In this document: piece after piece, positions 12,640 to 24,576 of the stretch | Layout: each line of letters opens with the position of its first letter | Position numbering within the stretch: position 1 is the stretch's first letter | Source of the DNA: Camelus dromedarius | Taxonomy: Eukaryota | Direction: 5' to 3' | NCBI RefSeq assembly: GCF_036321535.1 | Contig: NC_087437.1 | Location: 15,192,001-15,256,000 of the forward strand | DNA: 64,000 nucleotides | The notes under the pieces: model-generated | Database searches by the model: none | Seen by the model: only the letters and a program-made list of their open reading frames with translations | Told to the model about the DNA's origin: nothing | Program-made: the position numbers and the translations under genes

Positions 12640-14722
12640 TGAACAAAATGAGATGTCAACAAAGAGATAGAAATTGTGGGAAAATAAAAAACCAAAACCA
12701 AAACCAAAAACAAACAAACAAAAAACAGAAATTCTAGAACTGAAAAATTCAATAAATGAACTGGAAACTAACACAGGGTTTAAGAGCAGACTTGACCAGT
12801 TAGAAAAAGAATCAGTGAGCTTGAAGAAAGGTCTTTAAAAATCAGCAAGACAGAGGAGCAAAAAAGAAAAAAAAATAAGTGAAGAAAAATGAAGAGGGCT
12901 TAAGGTGAACCAACATACACATTGTGGAAATCCCAGAAAGAAAAGAAAGAAAGGGGGAGAGGGATTATTTAAAGAAATAATGAACTGAAACTTCCTCTGA
13001 GGAAAGAAATGGACGCACAAATTCAAGAAGCTCAAAGAACTCCAACTAGGATAAATCCAAAGAGAACTACAGTGAGATATCATAATCAAACTGCCCAAAG
13101 CCAAAGCCAAAGAGAGAATCTTAGAAACAGCAAAAGACAATAACAAGGGAGCCTCCCTAAGATTTTCAGTGAATTTCTCAACAGAAACTTTGCAGGTCAA
13201 AAGGAAGTGGGATGATATATTCAAACTGCTGAAAGAAACAAAAACTGTTGGCCAAAAAGACTATATCTGGCAAAACTGTCCTTCAAAAATGAAGGAGAAA
13301 TTAAGAATTTCCCAGATGAACAGAAGCTGAGGGAGTTTATTAACATCAGAACTGCTCTACAAGAAATGCTGAAGTGAGTCCTTCAAGTTGGTACAAAAGG
13401 ATGTTAGCAACATGAATCTATGTTAAAAAATAATGATCTCACTTTTGCACAGCAAAGAAAACCATCAGCAAAATGAAAAGACAACCTACAGAATGGGAGA
13501 AATAGGAAGATGAGAGAAGAGAAAAATCAAATAGAAAATAGAAAAGCACTAGAAAAAATAAACAAAATTGAATTAAATTTTTGAAAGATTAACAAAATTG
13601 ACAAAATCTTAGCTAGATTAACTAAGAATAAAAGAGAATACTCAAATAACTAAAATCAGAAATAAAAGAGGGGATATTACAAATGATGGCATAGAAATTA
13701 AAAGGATTATAAAAGAATACTATGAATAATTGTATACATAACTTGGGTAACCTAAAAGAAATGGATTAATTTCTAGAAACACATAACATATCAAGTCTGA
13801 ATTATGAAGAAACAGAAAACTTGAGCAGACTAATAATGAGTAAGAATATTGAATCAGTAATCAAAAACTTCCCCCAGAAGAAAAGGCCAGAGCCAGATGT
13901 CTCCCTGGAGAATTCTATCAAATATTTATGGAAAAATTAACACCAGTCCTCCTGAAACTCTTCTAAACAACTGAAGAGGAGGGAGCATTTCCAAACTCAT
14001 TTTATGGGGTCAGCATTACTCTGATACCAAAGCCAGACACAGACACAATGAGGAAAGAAAAGTACAGACCAATATCCCTGATGACTATGATCAACAAAAT
14101 ACTTGCAAACCAAATTCAACAGCCCATTAAAGGGATTAGATACCATGACCAAATGGGATTCATTCCTTAAGTGCAAGGATGGTTCAACATACAGAAATCA
14201 ATCACTGTAATACATTACATTGACAGAGTGAAGGACACAAGTGACATGATCATCTCAATTGATGGAGAAAAAAGCATTTGACAAGATTCAGCAAACTTTC
14301 ATGATAAAAAGAAACACTCAACAAACTAGAAATAAAATTAAATTACTGCAACATAACAAAGGCCATTCATAAAAAGTCCACGGCAAACATCACACTCAAT
14401 GGTGAAAAACTGAAATCATTCCCACCAAAATCAGGAATAAGGCAAGCATGCCTATTCTCACAAGAATTCAACATACTATTAGAAGTCCCAGCCAGAACAA
14501 TTAGTCAATAAAAAGAAATAAAAGGCATCCAAAATGGAAAGGAAGAAGTAAAATTATCTCTGTTGATAGATGACATGTTCTTATATGTAGAAACCCTAAA
14601 GATTCCTTGCCAAAAAATAGTTAGAACAAATAAACTCAGCAAAGTTACAAAATAGAAAGTCAACACACAAAAATCAGTTGCATTTCTATACACTAAAAAT
14701 GAACAATCCAAAAAGGAAATCA
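12640..14722 (+). mobile_element. L1 mosaic: ORF1 (~12640-13420) and ORF2 central/RT region (~13500-14722), frameshifted
   Basis: ORF1 motifs attcaagaagctcaaagaactcc and gatttctcaacagaaac-like. ORF2 motifs ccaaactcattttatg, agaccaatatccctgatga and tctctgttgatagatgacatg. Confidence 0.9.
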
Positions 14723-15470
14723 AGAGGAGGAAGATCAAATGGCAGAGTAAGAGGCTCACCTTTCTCAACAAACACATCAAGAATACATCTACATGTGGAG
14801 CAATCCTCACTGAAAATAAACTGGAGACTGGCAGAAAGATGCTTATACCACCACATGGAATTGCATAGGAAGGGAACAGAAGTGATCAGGTTGGGACTTG
14901 TGCCCTTAGGAAGGGACACAGAAGAAGAGAAAGATTACATAGGCTCAGAGCTTCTCCCTAGAGAGTAAGTAGCTCAAGCCACATATTGGGTGCCCCAGCC
15001 CTGGGTCTGACACCAGGGCGGTGCATCCTGCTAGTTGGCTTGAAAAATCAGTGGGACTAACGGAGGGGGGAGTGGCTGTAAGAAATTGAGACTCTGCTCA
15101 TGAGTAGCATGCACATGCTTGCTTACTCCCAGGAACAAAGCAGAGGAAGCAGATTGAAACTGCCAGGGACTATGGCTCGTTTCCTGAGACTGCTGCAGTT
15201 CAGGGCACAGCCCATGTCAAGTGCCTGCTCTGGCTCCTCTGGCTCCAGTGCAACTGCGCACTAGGGTGAAGGCTGCCATCACCAAGGAGAGTGTGCAGGT
15301 GTGGGGAACAGAGCCGCTCAGACCCGGCACGGCATCTAAATGGGGCAAGGGCGGCCATAACTGGTGCTCCCAGAGGTTACAGATCTGGAGCAGTCTGGAG
15401 CTCTGACTTGTGTGCTCGGACTACCCCAGCGCGTGCCCCAGCCTATGCCAAGTTCCTGTGCATGCGTGGA
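14723..15470 (+). mobile_element. L1 5' UTR (promoter region) fragment
   Basis: Begins gaggaggaagatcaaatggcagagtaagagg (caagatggcggag-type L1 start), then acatctacatgtggagcaatcctcactgaaaa. Residual CpGs remain at ~15300-15470. Confidence 0.65.
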
Positions 15471-16640
15471 TCTAATTCTAAACAGCGTACACAAAGGATT
15501 TGAGAACTAAACTAAGAGATAGATTGACTGCATTCCAGGACCCAGACTGATCACTAGGTGGCATACATGCAGAATAGATCTGAATAGCACTGCAAAGGTT
15601 TGAAAATGGAACTAACTCATTTAAAACCACAAATCGCGGAAGACTGGTTGGAATTTGTAGCCGGAACCCAAGTGAGTCGACTGCCTTTAAAGACAAAATA
15701 TCCAAATTTTTATAGGATTTCGACAAGGCCCAGAATCCCATAACAATTATCACAATGGTTAGTACAAAATCCAGAATTACCTAGCATACAAAAAAAAAAA
15801 AAAAAAAAAAAAAGGAAAATCTCAACTCTCACAGGAAAAGACAGGCAACAGTTGCCAACATCAACATGACATAAATATTGGGATTATCTGATAAAGACTT
15901 TAAAGTAGCTATTATAAAATAAGGATGAAACTGTTAAATGAAAAGACAGAAAGTCTCAACAAAGAAATAAAAGCTATAAAGAAGAACCCCATGGAAGTTT
16001 TAGAACTAATACAATAATTGAAACAAAAACCTCATTGGCTGGACTTAGTAACAGAATGGAGATGTCAGAGGAAAAGTTGTGAACTTGAAGATCAGCAGAA
16101 ATTATCCAATCTAAACAACAGAGAGAAAAAGATGGGGGTGGGGGGAGGAACTGAATGGAGCCTTTGGGAAATACAAAATTGCAAACATTTTTGTCAACAC
16201 AGCTGCAGAAGGAGAAGAGAAAAACAAGTAGTGTAGAAAAAAATACATGACAAAAAAAGCTTAAAAAACTTTCCAAAACTGGTGAAAAACATAAGCTTAC
16301 AGATTCAAAAAGCTAACTTAACCCAGAAGATAATAAACCCAAAGAAATCCATGCTAGACACTTCTTAATCATACTGCTGAAAAATAAAGACAAGGAAAAA
16401 AATCTTGAAAACAGGAAGAATAAAAAAATTATGCATCTTTTCTTTGAAGAACAAAGCATCAAATAACTATGGATTTCTTGTCCGAAACCAAAGAGGCCAG
16501 ATGGTGGTAGAACAACACTTTGAAAGTTCTCAAAGAAAAGTGTTCTGTCTCCTGATTATGGTGGTGGTTATACAAATCCATACTTGCATTAAAATTCATA
16601 GAACGATATACCAAAATTCAAATTTTCATATGTTAATTTA
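15470..16640 (+). mobile_element. Old L1M 5'/ORF1 relic with internal poly(A) run (15790-15813)
   Basis: ttgggattatctgataaagactttaaagtagctattataaa; agattcaaaaagct; gaaaccaaagaggccaga. Confidence 0.65.
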
Positions 16641-17039
16641 AACAACAGAAACAAACAGAAAATAAGTACAGTTCAAGAGAAGACTTCATCAATCAAACCT
16701 ACTTTAACCCAGAAGAAATTTCTTTGCAACCTCCTCACTTGCACTCTTAGCTACCCAGAGAGCTTAAAGTTACATGTGTTAGAGGTTCTTAAAGCCACTA
16801 AAACCACCTCTGCTTGCACTAAAGTTAGGCGTTTCTGCAGAATTTTTAGCTTTTTTTTTTTAAGGTCTTCATATCATTAAGGCTTAGTCTTTAATTATAA
16901 GAAAGCTTGCCTTTCACGGCTTCAAATCACTAACATGCAGAAGAAAATCACACGCAAGCTAGCAGAGTTTCTGAGCTATACTGACATCATTGTTTATCAA
17001 TCATGTATGAGCTAATCCTCATTAAAGAAACATATTGTA

Positions 17040-19640
17040 GTGGAACAGAATGCATTTGATAACAATGGGGAAAGATTACACGAAGTTAAAGTGTTCTAAG
17101 GTCATTTTATTGTCCAGGGGGTAAGTAAAGGTATTGATTAACATTAATCTTTGGTAAATAAAAGAGGAATGTTGTAATTTTCTGGGTAAATACTAAAAGA
17201 ATAAAAACAGAATATATACTTAGTACACTTAGAAGCTAGTTGAGGGGAAATGAAATTATTAAAAGATATACCTACTCAAAAATAATAAAAGAAAGTAGAG
17301 AGAAGGATGAGGACCCAGGAGACAAACAGTAAGCACATAGATTTGAGTTAAATTGAAATATATTAATAATTGTCAAAATATATAAACTCAAAACAAAACA
17401 CAAGAGATGTTATTTACAAATTACATATAATAAAGAAACAGTAAGGTTTAAAGTATAAAGAAGGAAGGAAACATATCATGTAAATATTAACTAAAAGAAA
17501 AGCTGGCTTAGCCAATTTTAACATATCTCTATCTGTAACCGATAGAACAAGTACACTAAAATCAGCAATATTTCTGAGCCCATTTGAGCAGTAACAAACT
17601 TGACCTATGGACACATTTGTTGTACCTAACAACTTATAGATACACATTCTTTGCACATGTGGGACATGTAGAAAAACCAATCATAAAGTTATAAAATAAA
17701 TTTGAAAGGAATGAAAACATATAAAGCAAGTGATCACTCTAATTATTCTAGAAATTGACAACAAAAGATAACTAGAAAATATTTGTATATTTTGATATTA
17801 ATGAATACATTTCTAAATAACCAACCGGTTAAAGAATCATAATGGAAATCAGAAACTACTTTGAACTGAATAGTAGTAAGAATGGTCAATAAAACTCATG
17901 TGGTCCAGCTGAAGCAGTATTTAGAAGAAAAGATAGTGACTGCAACACATATGTAAGAAAAGAAAAAACACTGAAAATAAACATTTGAATGTATAGAAAG
18001 TGCAAAGCAAATCCAAATAAATGCAAAGGAATAAAAGAATTTATGAAACAGAAAAAGAGAGACAACAGAGAGGACCAGCAAGGCTAGAAGTTTATTATTT
18101 TAAAAGATTTTGAAAATTGAACTTCGTGAGACACATCATTAAAAGAAAGCACATGTATCCAAAGTCATGAATAAAAAGGTAAAAGAACTACCAATGCTAT
18201 AGACATTAAAATATGATAAAATAATACACAAATTTTAAATACATTTGAAACTTTACATATTATAGAGAAGTTCCTAGGGAAAATATAACTGAAGGATGAT
18301 AGAAACTAAACAGTCATAGGCTTCCAAAGAAATTCAGTCATCAAATATCTTGCCACAAAGAAAACTCTAGATCCAAATCACTTCAACAGTGTCCACAACT
18401 ATTCAAGAAATAAATCATTGCAATCATATGTGAACTCTTCCAGAGAATAGAAAATAAGGAATACACCCAAACCATTTTTCCTTTTGGAAACTGGCATCAA
18501 AACCCTGATGACATAGTCTGACAAAGAAAGTATAAGGACAGAAAATTAGAAACTACTATCACTCGTGAACACAGACTAAAAAATCCTTCTAAAAATGCTA
18601 TTATATCAAATACAGCAAGATATAAAAATAATAATACATCATCATCAAGTTGCATTCATTCAAGGAATACAAGATTGATGTATTATTAGAAAATCAATCA
18701 ATCAATCAATTTGTCACATAACAGATTAAATTGTGTGAGGTCGATCAATACATTTTATATTGTATTGTAGTGATGGCTGCACAACAATATAAAACGTTAG
18801 AATTAATAAGAGAGTTTAGTGAATTTGCTGGATACAAATTCAAGATAGAAATCAATTACATTTCTTCAGCAAGTTTGCTGGATACAATCTCAATATACAA
18901 AAATCAATTGTATTTCTATACAGTTGCAATAAACAAACTGAAAATGAAATTAAGAAAACGATTCAATTCAAAATGTAGAATAGATAAGCAAGATTGCACT
19001 GTGTAGCACAGGGAAATATATACAGGATCTTGTGGTGGCTCACAGTGAAAGAGAATGTGACAATGAATGTATGTATGTTGATGTATAACTGAAAAATTGT
19101 GCTATACACTGGAATTTGACACAACATTGTAAAATGACTATAACTCAATAAAAAATTTTTTTTAAAGTAAACAATTCAATTTACAATACCATCAGAAAGA
19201 TTAAAATATTTAGGAATAAATTTAACAAAATAAGTGCAAGAATTGTACACAGAAATCCACAAAACATCGTTGAAAGAAATTAAAGAAGCTTTCAATAAAT
19301 GGAAAATCATCTCATGTTCATGGATTCGAAGACTTAATGTTGTTCAGATGGCAGTATTTCCCAAAATGACCAACAAATTCAATGTAATCCTAATAAAAAA
19401 ATGTAGCTTTTTTTTTTCAGAAATGACAAGCTGATCCTAAAATTCATGTGGATATACAAGGGACCCAGAATCTCCAAAATAATCTTGAAAAAGAAAAACA
19501 AAGCTGGAGGACTCACTTTTGATTTTAAAACTTACTACAAAGAACAATAATCAAGACAGTGTGGTGTTGGCATAAAAACAGGCATATGGATCCATGGAAT
19601 AGAATTGAGAGTCCAGAAATAAACCCTAATGTTTATAGTC
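17040..19640 (+). mobile_element. Degenerate L1 ORF2 segments (at least two pieces, junction ~18865)
   Basis: A-rich ORF2 motifs including tcatggattcgaagacttaatgttgttcagatggcagt and gaattgagagtccagaaataaaccc. Confidence 0.8.
18969..19164 (+). mobile_element. Younger 5'-truncated L1 3' end nested in older L1
   Basis: actgtgtagcacagggaaatatatacaggatcttgtgg...acaacattgtaaaatgactataactcaataaaaa. Flanked by a 17-bp TSD aagaaaacgattcaatt (18952-18968) / aagtaaacaattcaatt (19165-19181), 2 mismatches. Confidence 0.85.
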
Positions 19641-19880
19641 TCTACATATTTGCTTATTCTGGACATTTTATATAAATGAAATCATACAACATGTGGTCTT
19701 CTCTGACTAGCTTCTGTCACTTAGCACAATGTTTTCAAGGTTTATCCATGTTGTAGCATGTATCAGTATTGCATTCCTTTTCATAGCAGAATAATATTTT
19801 GTTGTATGGATATACACATTTTGTTTATCCAGTCATCACTGGATGGACATCTGGGTTATTTTCACTTTTGGATATTATGT
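19641..19880 (-). mobile_element. L1MB-like 3' UTR fragment (antisense)
   Basis: tttcaaggtttatccatgttgtagcatgtatcagtattgcattcctttt. Confidence 0.8.
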
Positions 19881-21273
19881 AGAGGGTTTAGAAGTCATTA
19901 CCCTCAAAGTCAACAACTCGTGTTAGATCCATAGAGAACGGAAGTCACAGAACAAACTACTGCCCTGAAAACTAGAGAAACAGATAGATACAGAGAACCA
20001 GATCTTACCAGGAGAATCCCAGGAGCAGAAGCCTGCAGCTAGAGCCAGTACTGATAGAAACACAAACTATAATTGATGAATTGCTGGAAGCTTGAGAGCT
20101 AAAAACTCTGGAAGGGGCAGTCTTTAAGATTCCCAATACTTTCATGAGTTTTACTTCCAGGAGCCCACATAATGGGCTCTCATAATGATTGCAGAAGGGT
20201 CCCTTTGTGCTTCTGGTGGGGAGGGAAAAAGTAACATGTAAAGAGTACACTCAGAGCTCCCTGTTCTCCTTAACATGGCCTCCCCTCAAGAGAAACTATT
20301 TTACCACATCCTGACTGACTTGAGCTTTGCCTAAGCCTAACCAACCCGAGGAAAGGGAAATACTCGACTCCAATCCCCTCTAGCCTTTCTGTCTCACTTA
20401 AGGGGTAAGGGAGCTGAGAAGCACTTGTGATGCCAAGGGACACAGGTGTACTAAAATACTGATTTCCAATCATAGTGCCATAGAGTGAGTCCCCTCCCCC
20501 ATACCTCATCACCACATCAACAGAATGCCTGTATTACAACAGGGGATTACAGTTAAAAGATTGCTCAGATCCTATTTGAGAAGAATCTCTAGGGAAACCC
20601 AATGACAACAAGGCAGACAAAAACATGAACACTAGAAGAAATTTTAGCTTCTGACACCACAGCTACAGCAAGCAGTAAACACAGACTTGTTCCTAGCCAG
20701 ATAAACATAAAACCTCACACTAATGCCCTATTGGTTTTCTTTGACACAATATATCATGTTTAGCTTTCAACAAAAAATTCCAAGTCATGCTAAAGGCAAA
20801 AGACAGTCCGAAGAGACAAGGATAGTATCAGAACCAGACTCCAATATGGAAGAGATTTTAGAATTATCAGACTGGGAATTTGAAATAACTACGATTAATA
20901 TGCTGGGGGCTTTAATGGAAAAATGGACAACACATGGACACAAATGGGTAGTGTAAGTAGAGAGATGGAAACTCTAGGACAGGATCAAAAAGAAATGCTA
21001 GAAATGAAAAACACTCTTAAGAGAAATGAAAAATGCCTTTGATGGGTTCATCAGTAGGTTGGACATGACTGAGGAAAGAATCAGTGAGCTGGAAAAGAAG
21101 TGAATAGAAACTTCCTAAACAGAAAGAAAGGAAGGAAGGAAGGAAGGAAGGAAGGAAGGAAAGAAGGAAGGAAAGAAGGAAGGAAGGAATGGAGGAAAGA
21201 AGGAAAGGAAGAAGGAAGGAAGGAAGGAAAGAAAGAAAGAGAAAGAGAGAAAGAGAGAAAGAGAGAAAGAAAG

Positions 21274-21336
<63 letters not shown>

Positions 21337-21520
21337 AGGAAGGAAGGAAGGAAAGGAGGGAGGGAGGAAGGAAGGAAAGAAAGAAAAAGAAAGAAAGAAA
21401 GAAAAAAAGGAAGAAGGAAGGAAGGAAGGAAAGAAAGAAAGAAAGAGAGAAAGATCCAAGAATTGTGGAACAATTACAGAGTGTAATATATGTGTCATGG
21501 GAATACAAAAAGAAGAGAGA
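19880..21520 (+). mobile_element. Old L1M 5' UTR/ORF1 relic containing a purine microsatellite
   Basis: gaattatcagactgggaatttgaaataactacgattaatatgct; gaaaaatgcctttgatgggttcatcagtagg; atccaagaattgtggaacaattaca. Confidence 0.75.
21121..21454. repeat. Compound (GGAA)n/(GAAA)n/(GA)n polypurine microsatellite
   Basis: ~334 nt of purines with a single T (21190). Confidence 0.97.
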
Positions 21521-21585
21521 AAGAAACAACAAGCTAATTTTAAAATATATACAGAAATATAAAAGGCTAAAGTCAAAATCTCTTA

Positions 21586-22242
21586 GAAAAATATAATTCA
21601 AAAAGACACATGCACCCCAATGTTCACAGCAGCACTATATACAATAGCCAACACATGGAAACAACCCAAATGCCCATCAACAGATGACTGGATAAAGAAG
21701 ATGTGGTATATACATGCAATGGAATATTACTCAGCCATAAAAAAGAATGCAATAATGCCATCTGCAGCAATGTGAACGGGCCTGGAGATCGCCATTCTAA
21801 GTGAAGTAAGCCAGAAAGAGAAAGAAAAATGCCATATGATATTGCTCATATGTGGAATCTAAAAAAAAAAAAAAGAAGACACAAATGAACTACTTATTAT
21901 TCATAACTTAGATGACTGATTTCTTGAATATGTGTAACCACATTTGACTGTTCTTTATGATTGAATCACCACATTTTATTGATTCTTATTTTGTGGTTGG
22001 CTTTATTCCTTTGATAACTATGTAAGTTTAAAAAGCTAAAGCTCTAATCTGTTCTCAGACACAATGAACAGTACCTCAGACACAATGAACAGAGAAGTAT
22101 AATCTAAAAAAAAGTTGAAAACATCTCAGAAGAATGGATAAACATACTGTGATGTAGTCAGAAAGTAGAATACCACTGAGCAATGAAAAGGTGTAAACAA
22201 TATAAATAAATCTCAAAAATATTATAAAGAGTGAAAAAAAAA
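21586..22242 (+). mobile_element. TSD-bounded retroposed insert: L1 ORF2 end/3' UTR (21586-~21890) fused to other sequence, with A-tail
   Basis: Direct repeat taaagtcaaaatctctta (21568-21585) / taaagtcaagatctctta (22243-22260). AATAAA at 22205-22210 and A9 at 22234-22242. Confidence 0.7.
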
Positions 22243-22985
22243 TAAAGTCAAGATCTCTTAAAGAAAAATGAGGTGGAGAAGCTTGCCCTATCAGATATTA
22301 AGACGCTACAAAGTAATTATAGTATAGACACTGTGAACACAGAGCCCAGAGACACACATCAGGAGGCCAGTTTCAAGACAACAGTAGCACCACAGAACAA
22401 TGGAGAAAGAGTGGCCTTGTGACAAACTATTCTAGAACTATACAACACCCATATGAAACACAAACGAAACTTAACTCCTGTATCAAACCACACACAAAAG
22501 TCAATTCCAGGTGGACTATGGACCTAAATGTAAAACGCAAAACAGTGAAGGTTTTAGAAGATCATATAGAGGGATATCTTCTAAATGTAGGATGTTTTAT
22601 TTTAGAATATGGCACAAAAACCATGACCACAAAGGCAAAGACTGATAAATCTGACTACATTAGGGAAAAGAATTTGGTTATGAAAAGTCATCAAGGCAGT
22701 GAAGAGGCAAGCACAGAGCAGGAGAGTGTTTGTACTGTATGTAACTGACAAAGAGCTAGATATCTGATATATAAAGGATTCCTATGGTTCATAAAAAAGA
22801 CAAATAATAGAAAAATGAGTGGAAGAGTTGAGTAAGTATTTAAAAATGACCAATAAAGAGACAGGAAACTGTTCACCCTCACTAGTGATCACCGCAATGA
22901 GACACCACTATACCCCCACCTGACTGGTCGAAATGTGAAAATCTCACAAGACCAGTGAGATGAAAAGAACGTGTAGCAGAATATG
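22243..22985 (+). mobile_element. Old L1 ORF2 C-terminal relic (host element; continues from ~21525-21585)
   Basis: cttgccctatcagatattaagac; aaaagtcaattccaggtggactatggacctaaatgtaaaa; caatgagacaccacta. Confidence 0.8.
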
Positions 22986-23779
22986 AAAAGATCAAGTTGC
23001 AGAAGAGAAGACGTACTGAACAGTGATAACCTACAATGGGAAATGTCAAGTCCATGCCAGTGTCACTCGCTGGCTTGCAGCACATTTACCCAACTGCAGA
23101 ACCACATTACCCCATGTGAATGCAAATTCAAATGTAAACAGCACTTCAAGGAATTGGCCCAGTTCCTGGAAACATCTGAAGGCTAAGGTGGAGGGCCTGA
23201 AATTCCCTCCCTGAATTCCTCCCAGGGCCCTCGATTCAGCTCCGTCAGGAGAGTGGATGTTCCCCTGACATGGGCACCAGAGAAGGTTTCTTCAGTCTTC
23301 ACCCCAGGCACTGAATGAGCTCTTCCCAGGGGGAGGCAAGTAGGACAAGGTAGTCTTTTATTAACTGATTACAACCAATTTATTCTCTGGGCAAGACGCT
23401 TCCTCAAAATGTGGGATAACTTAATGATTGTTGCTAATTGAAATATAGTAAGATAAGGGTTGGCTATGTTCCTCCAGATAGGCAGAGGCAATTTGTAAAG
23501 AAGCCAGTGGAAGCAGTTGGTTTACATTTTAATCCAATCAAAAAAGCAAATTGGCATGTATTTGGAACATTTTTCCTAAAGGTGGGGGGGACATAAACAC
23601 TCTGATGGAGTTTTCCTACTTTTGGAGGCAAGGGTCAAATGTGGACTTCCTGGCAGGGATCTAGACCAATAGGAGGCAGAGAATTCTAGAATTGCCAAGA
23701 GAGCAGAGAAAAGCCAACTGAGGCACTGGTCAGAAAGGACTTCCCACAGCGTAGGATGTAGTGAGCCCTCAACGAATGG

Positions 23780-24020
23780 TAGTGATGATGGTGAGGGGGG
23801 TGGCGTTATGACGGTATGAATGGCCCTTAGGATGGCAGGGTGATGGGGGGTGGATGGTTCGTGGTGGTAGAACTGATAATGGTGATGGTTAACAGTGATA
23901 ATGGAGGTGCCGACTTGATGATGACAAAGAAGGTGGGGGAGGAGCAGGTTACGGGAGCAGAGGCTGGAGAGGATGAGCGGCTGGTGGTGATGGTGATGGT
24001 AGTAGTAGCACTGATAGTGA
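23780..24020. repeat. Degenerate (GGT/GAT)n low-complexity tract
   Basis: Repeated ggtgatggtgatggtagtagtag-like triplets; source of the His-rich and Val/Met-rich spurious ORFs. Confidence 0.7.
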
Positions 24021-24576
24021 TGGAAAAGTCTTTGCTCCCTCATGGAAAGAATGCAGCTGGGCCCGTCGAGGCCACAACAGCTGGGACAAAGAAGCCCAGT
24101 TAGATCTATACCACCCTGCAGGAGCCAGGGAGCCAAGCACAGGACGGGAAGTTTTATTCCAGGTAAAGGGACAAGTTCTACACTGCAAAGTTACTTATTC
24201 TGATAGGGTCTCGGGAGAACATGAGAGTGACTAGGTACAGTGTTCTGAGGATTGCTATGAAAACCCTCTGGCCAGGAGTGGATGAGCAAGACAGGTCTTC
24301 CAGCACTTGCCCTCTCTCCTCCTTCATCCGATCAAACCCACGTCCTGAAGATGCTCCCTCCTCATGCCTTCCCTCTAACGCTGTCTCACTTCAGGCCCCA
24401 TCACTGCTCACATCGGCACCTGTTTCCTAGGGCATCCTCCTACTTCCTGGTCCATGGCCTTCCAGTCTGCAATTTTCCACAGCCGGAAACACAACTCTTT
24501 TGGCCTGGAAGCTCGCAGAAAGATCTGGAGAGGGAAAGGGACTCCTCGAGCAGGGGTCATAACGCACTTGCCTGGG

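Noticed and set aside
12640..14722. Potentially active L1 ORF1/ORF2
   Set aside because: Multiple stops and frameshifts, and a large deletion including the endonuclease region.
15551..15563. CTCF-like motif tcactaggtggca
   Set aside because: Single imperfect match inside an L1 relic; not supportable without ChIP or conservation data.
18866..19880. Twin-priming L1 inversion at 19640
   Set aside because: The junction is plus-then-minus (tail-to-tail), opposite to twin-priming geometry, and no shared TSD was found.
21017..21601. Five overlapping 128-194-aa ORFs rich in K/E/R or F/L/S
   Set aside because: Artefacts of the stop-free polypurine microsatellite.
23576..24136. 186-aa His-rich ORF
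   Set aside because: Product of the (GGT/GAT)n low-complexity tract.
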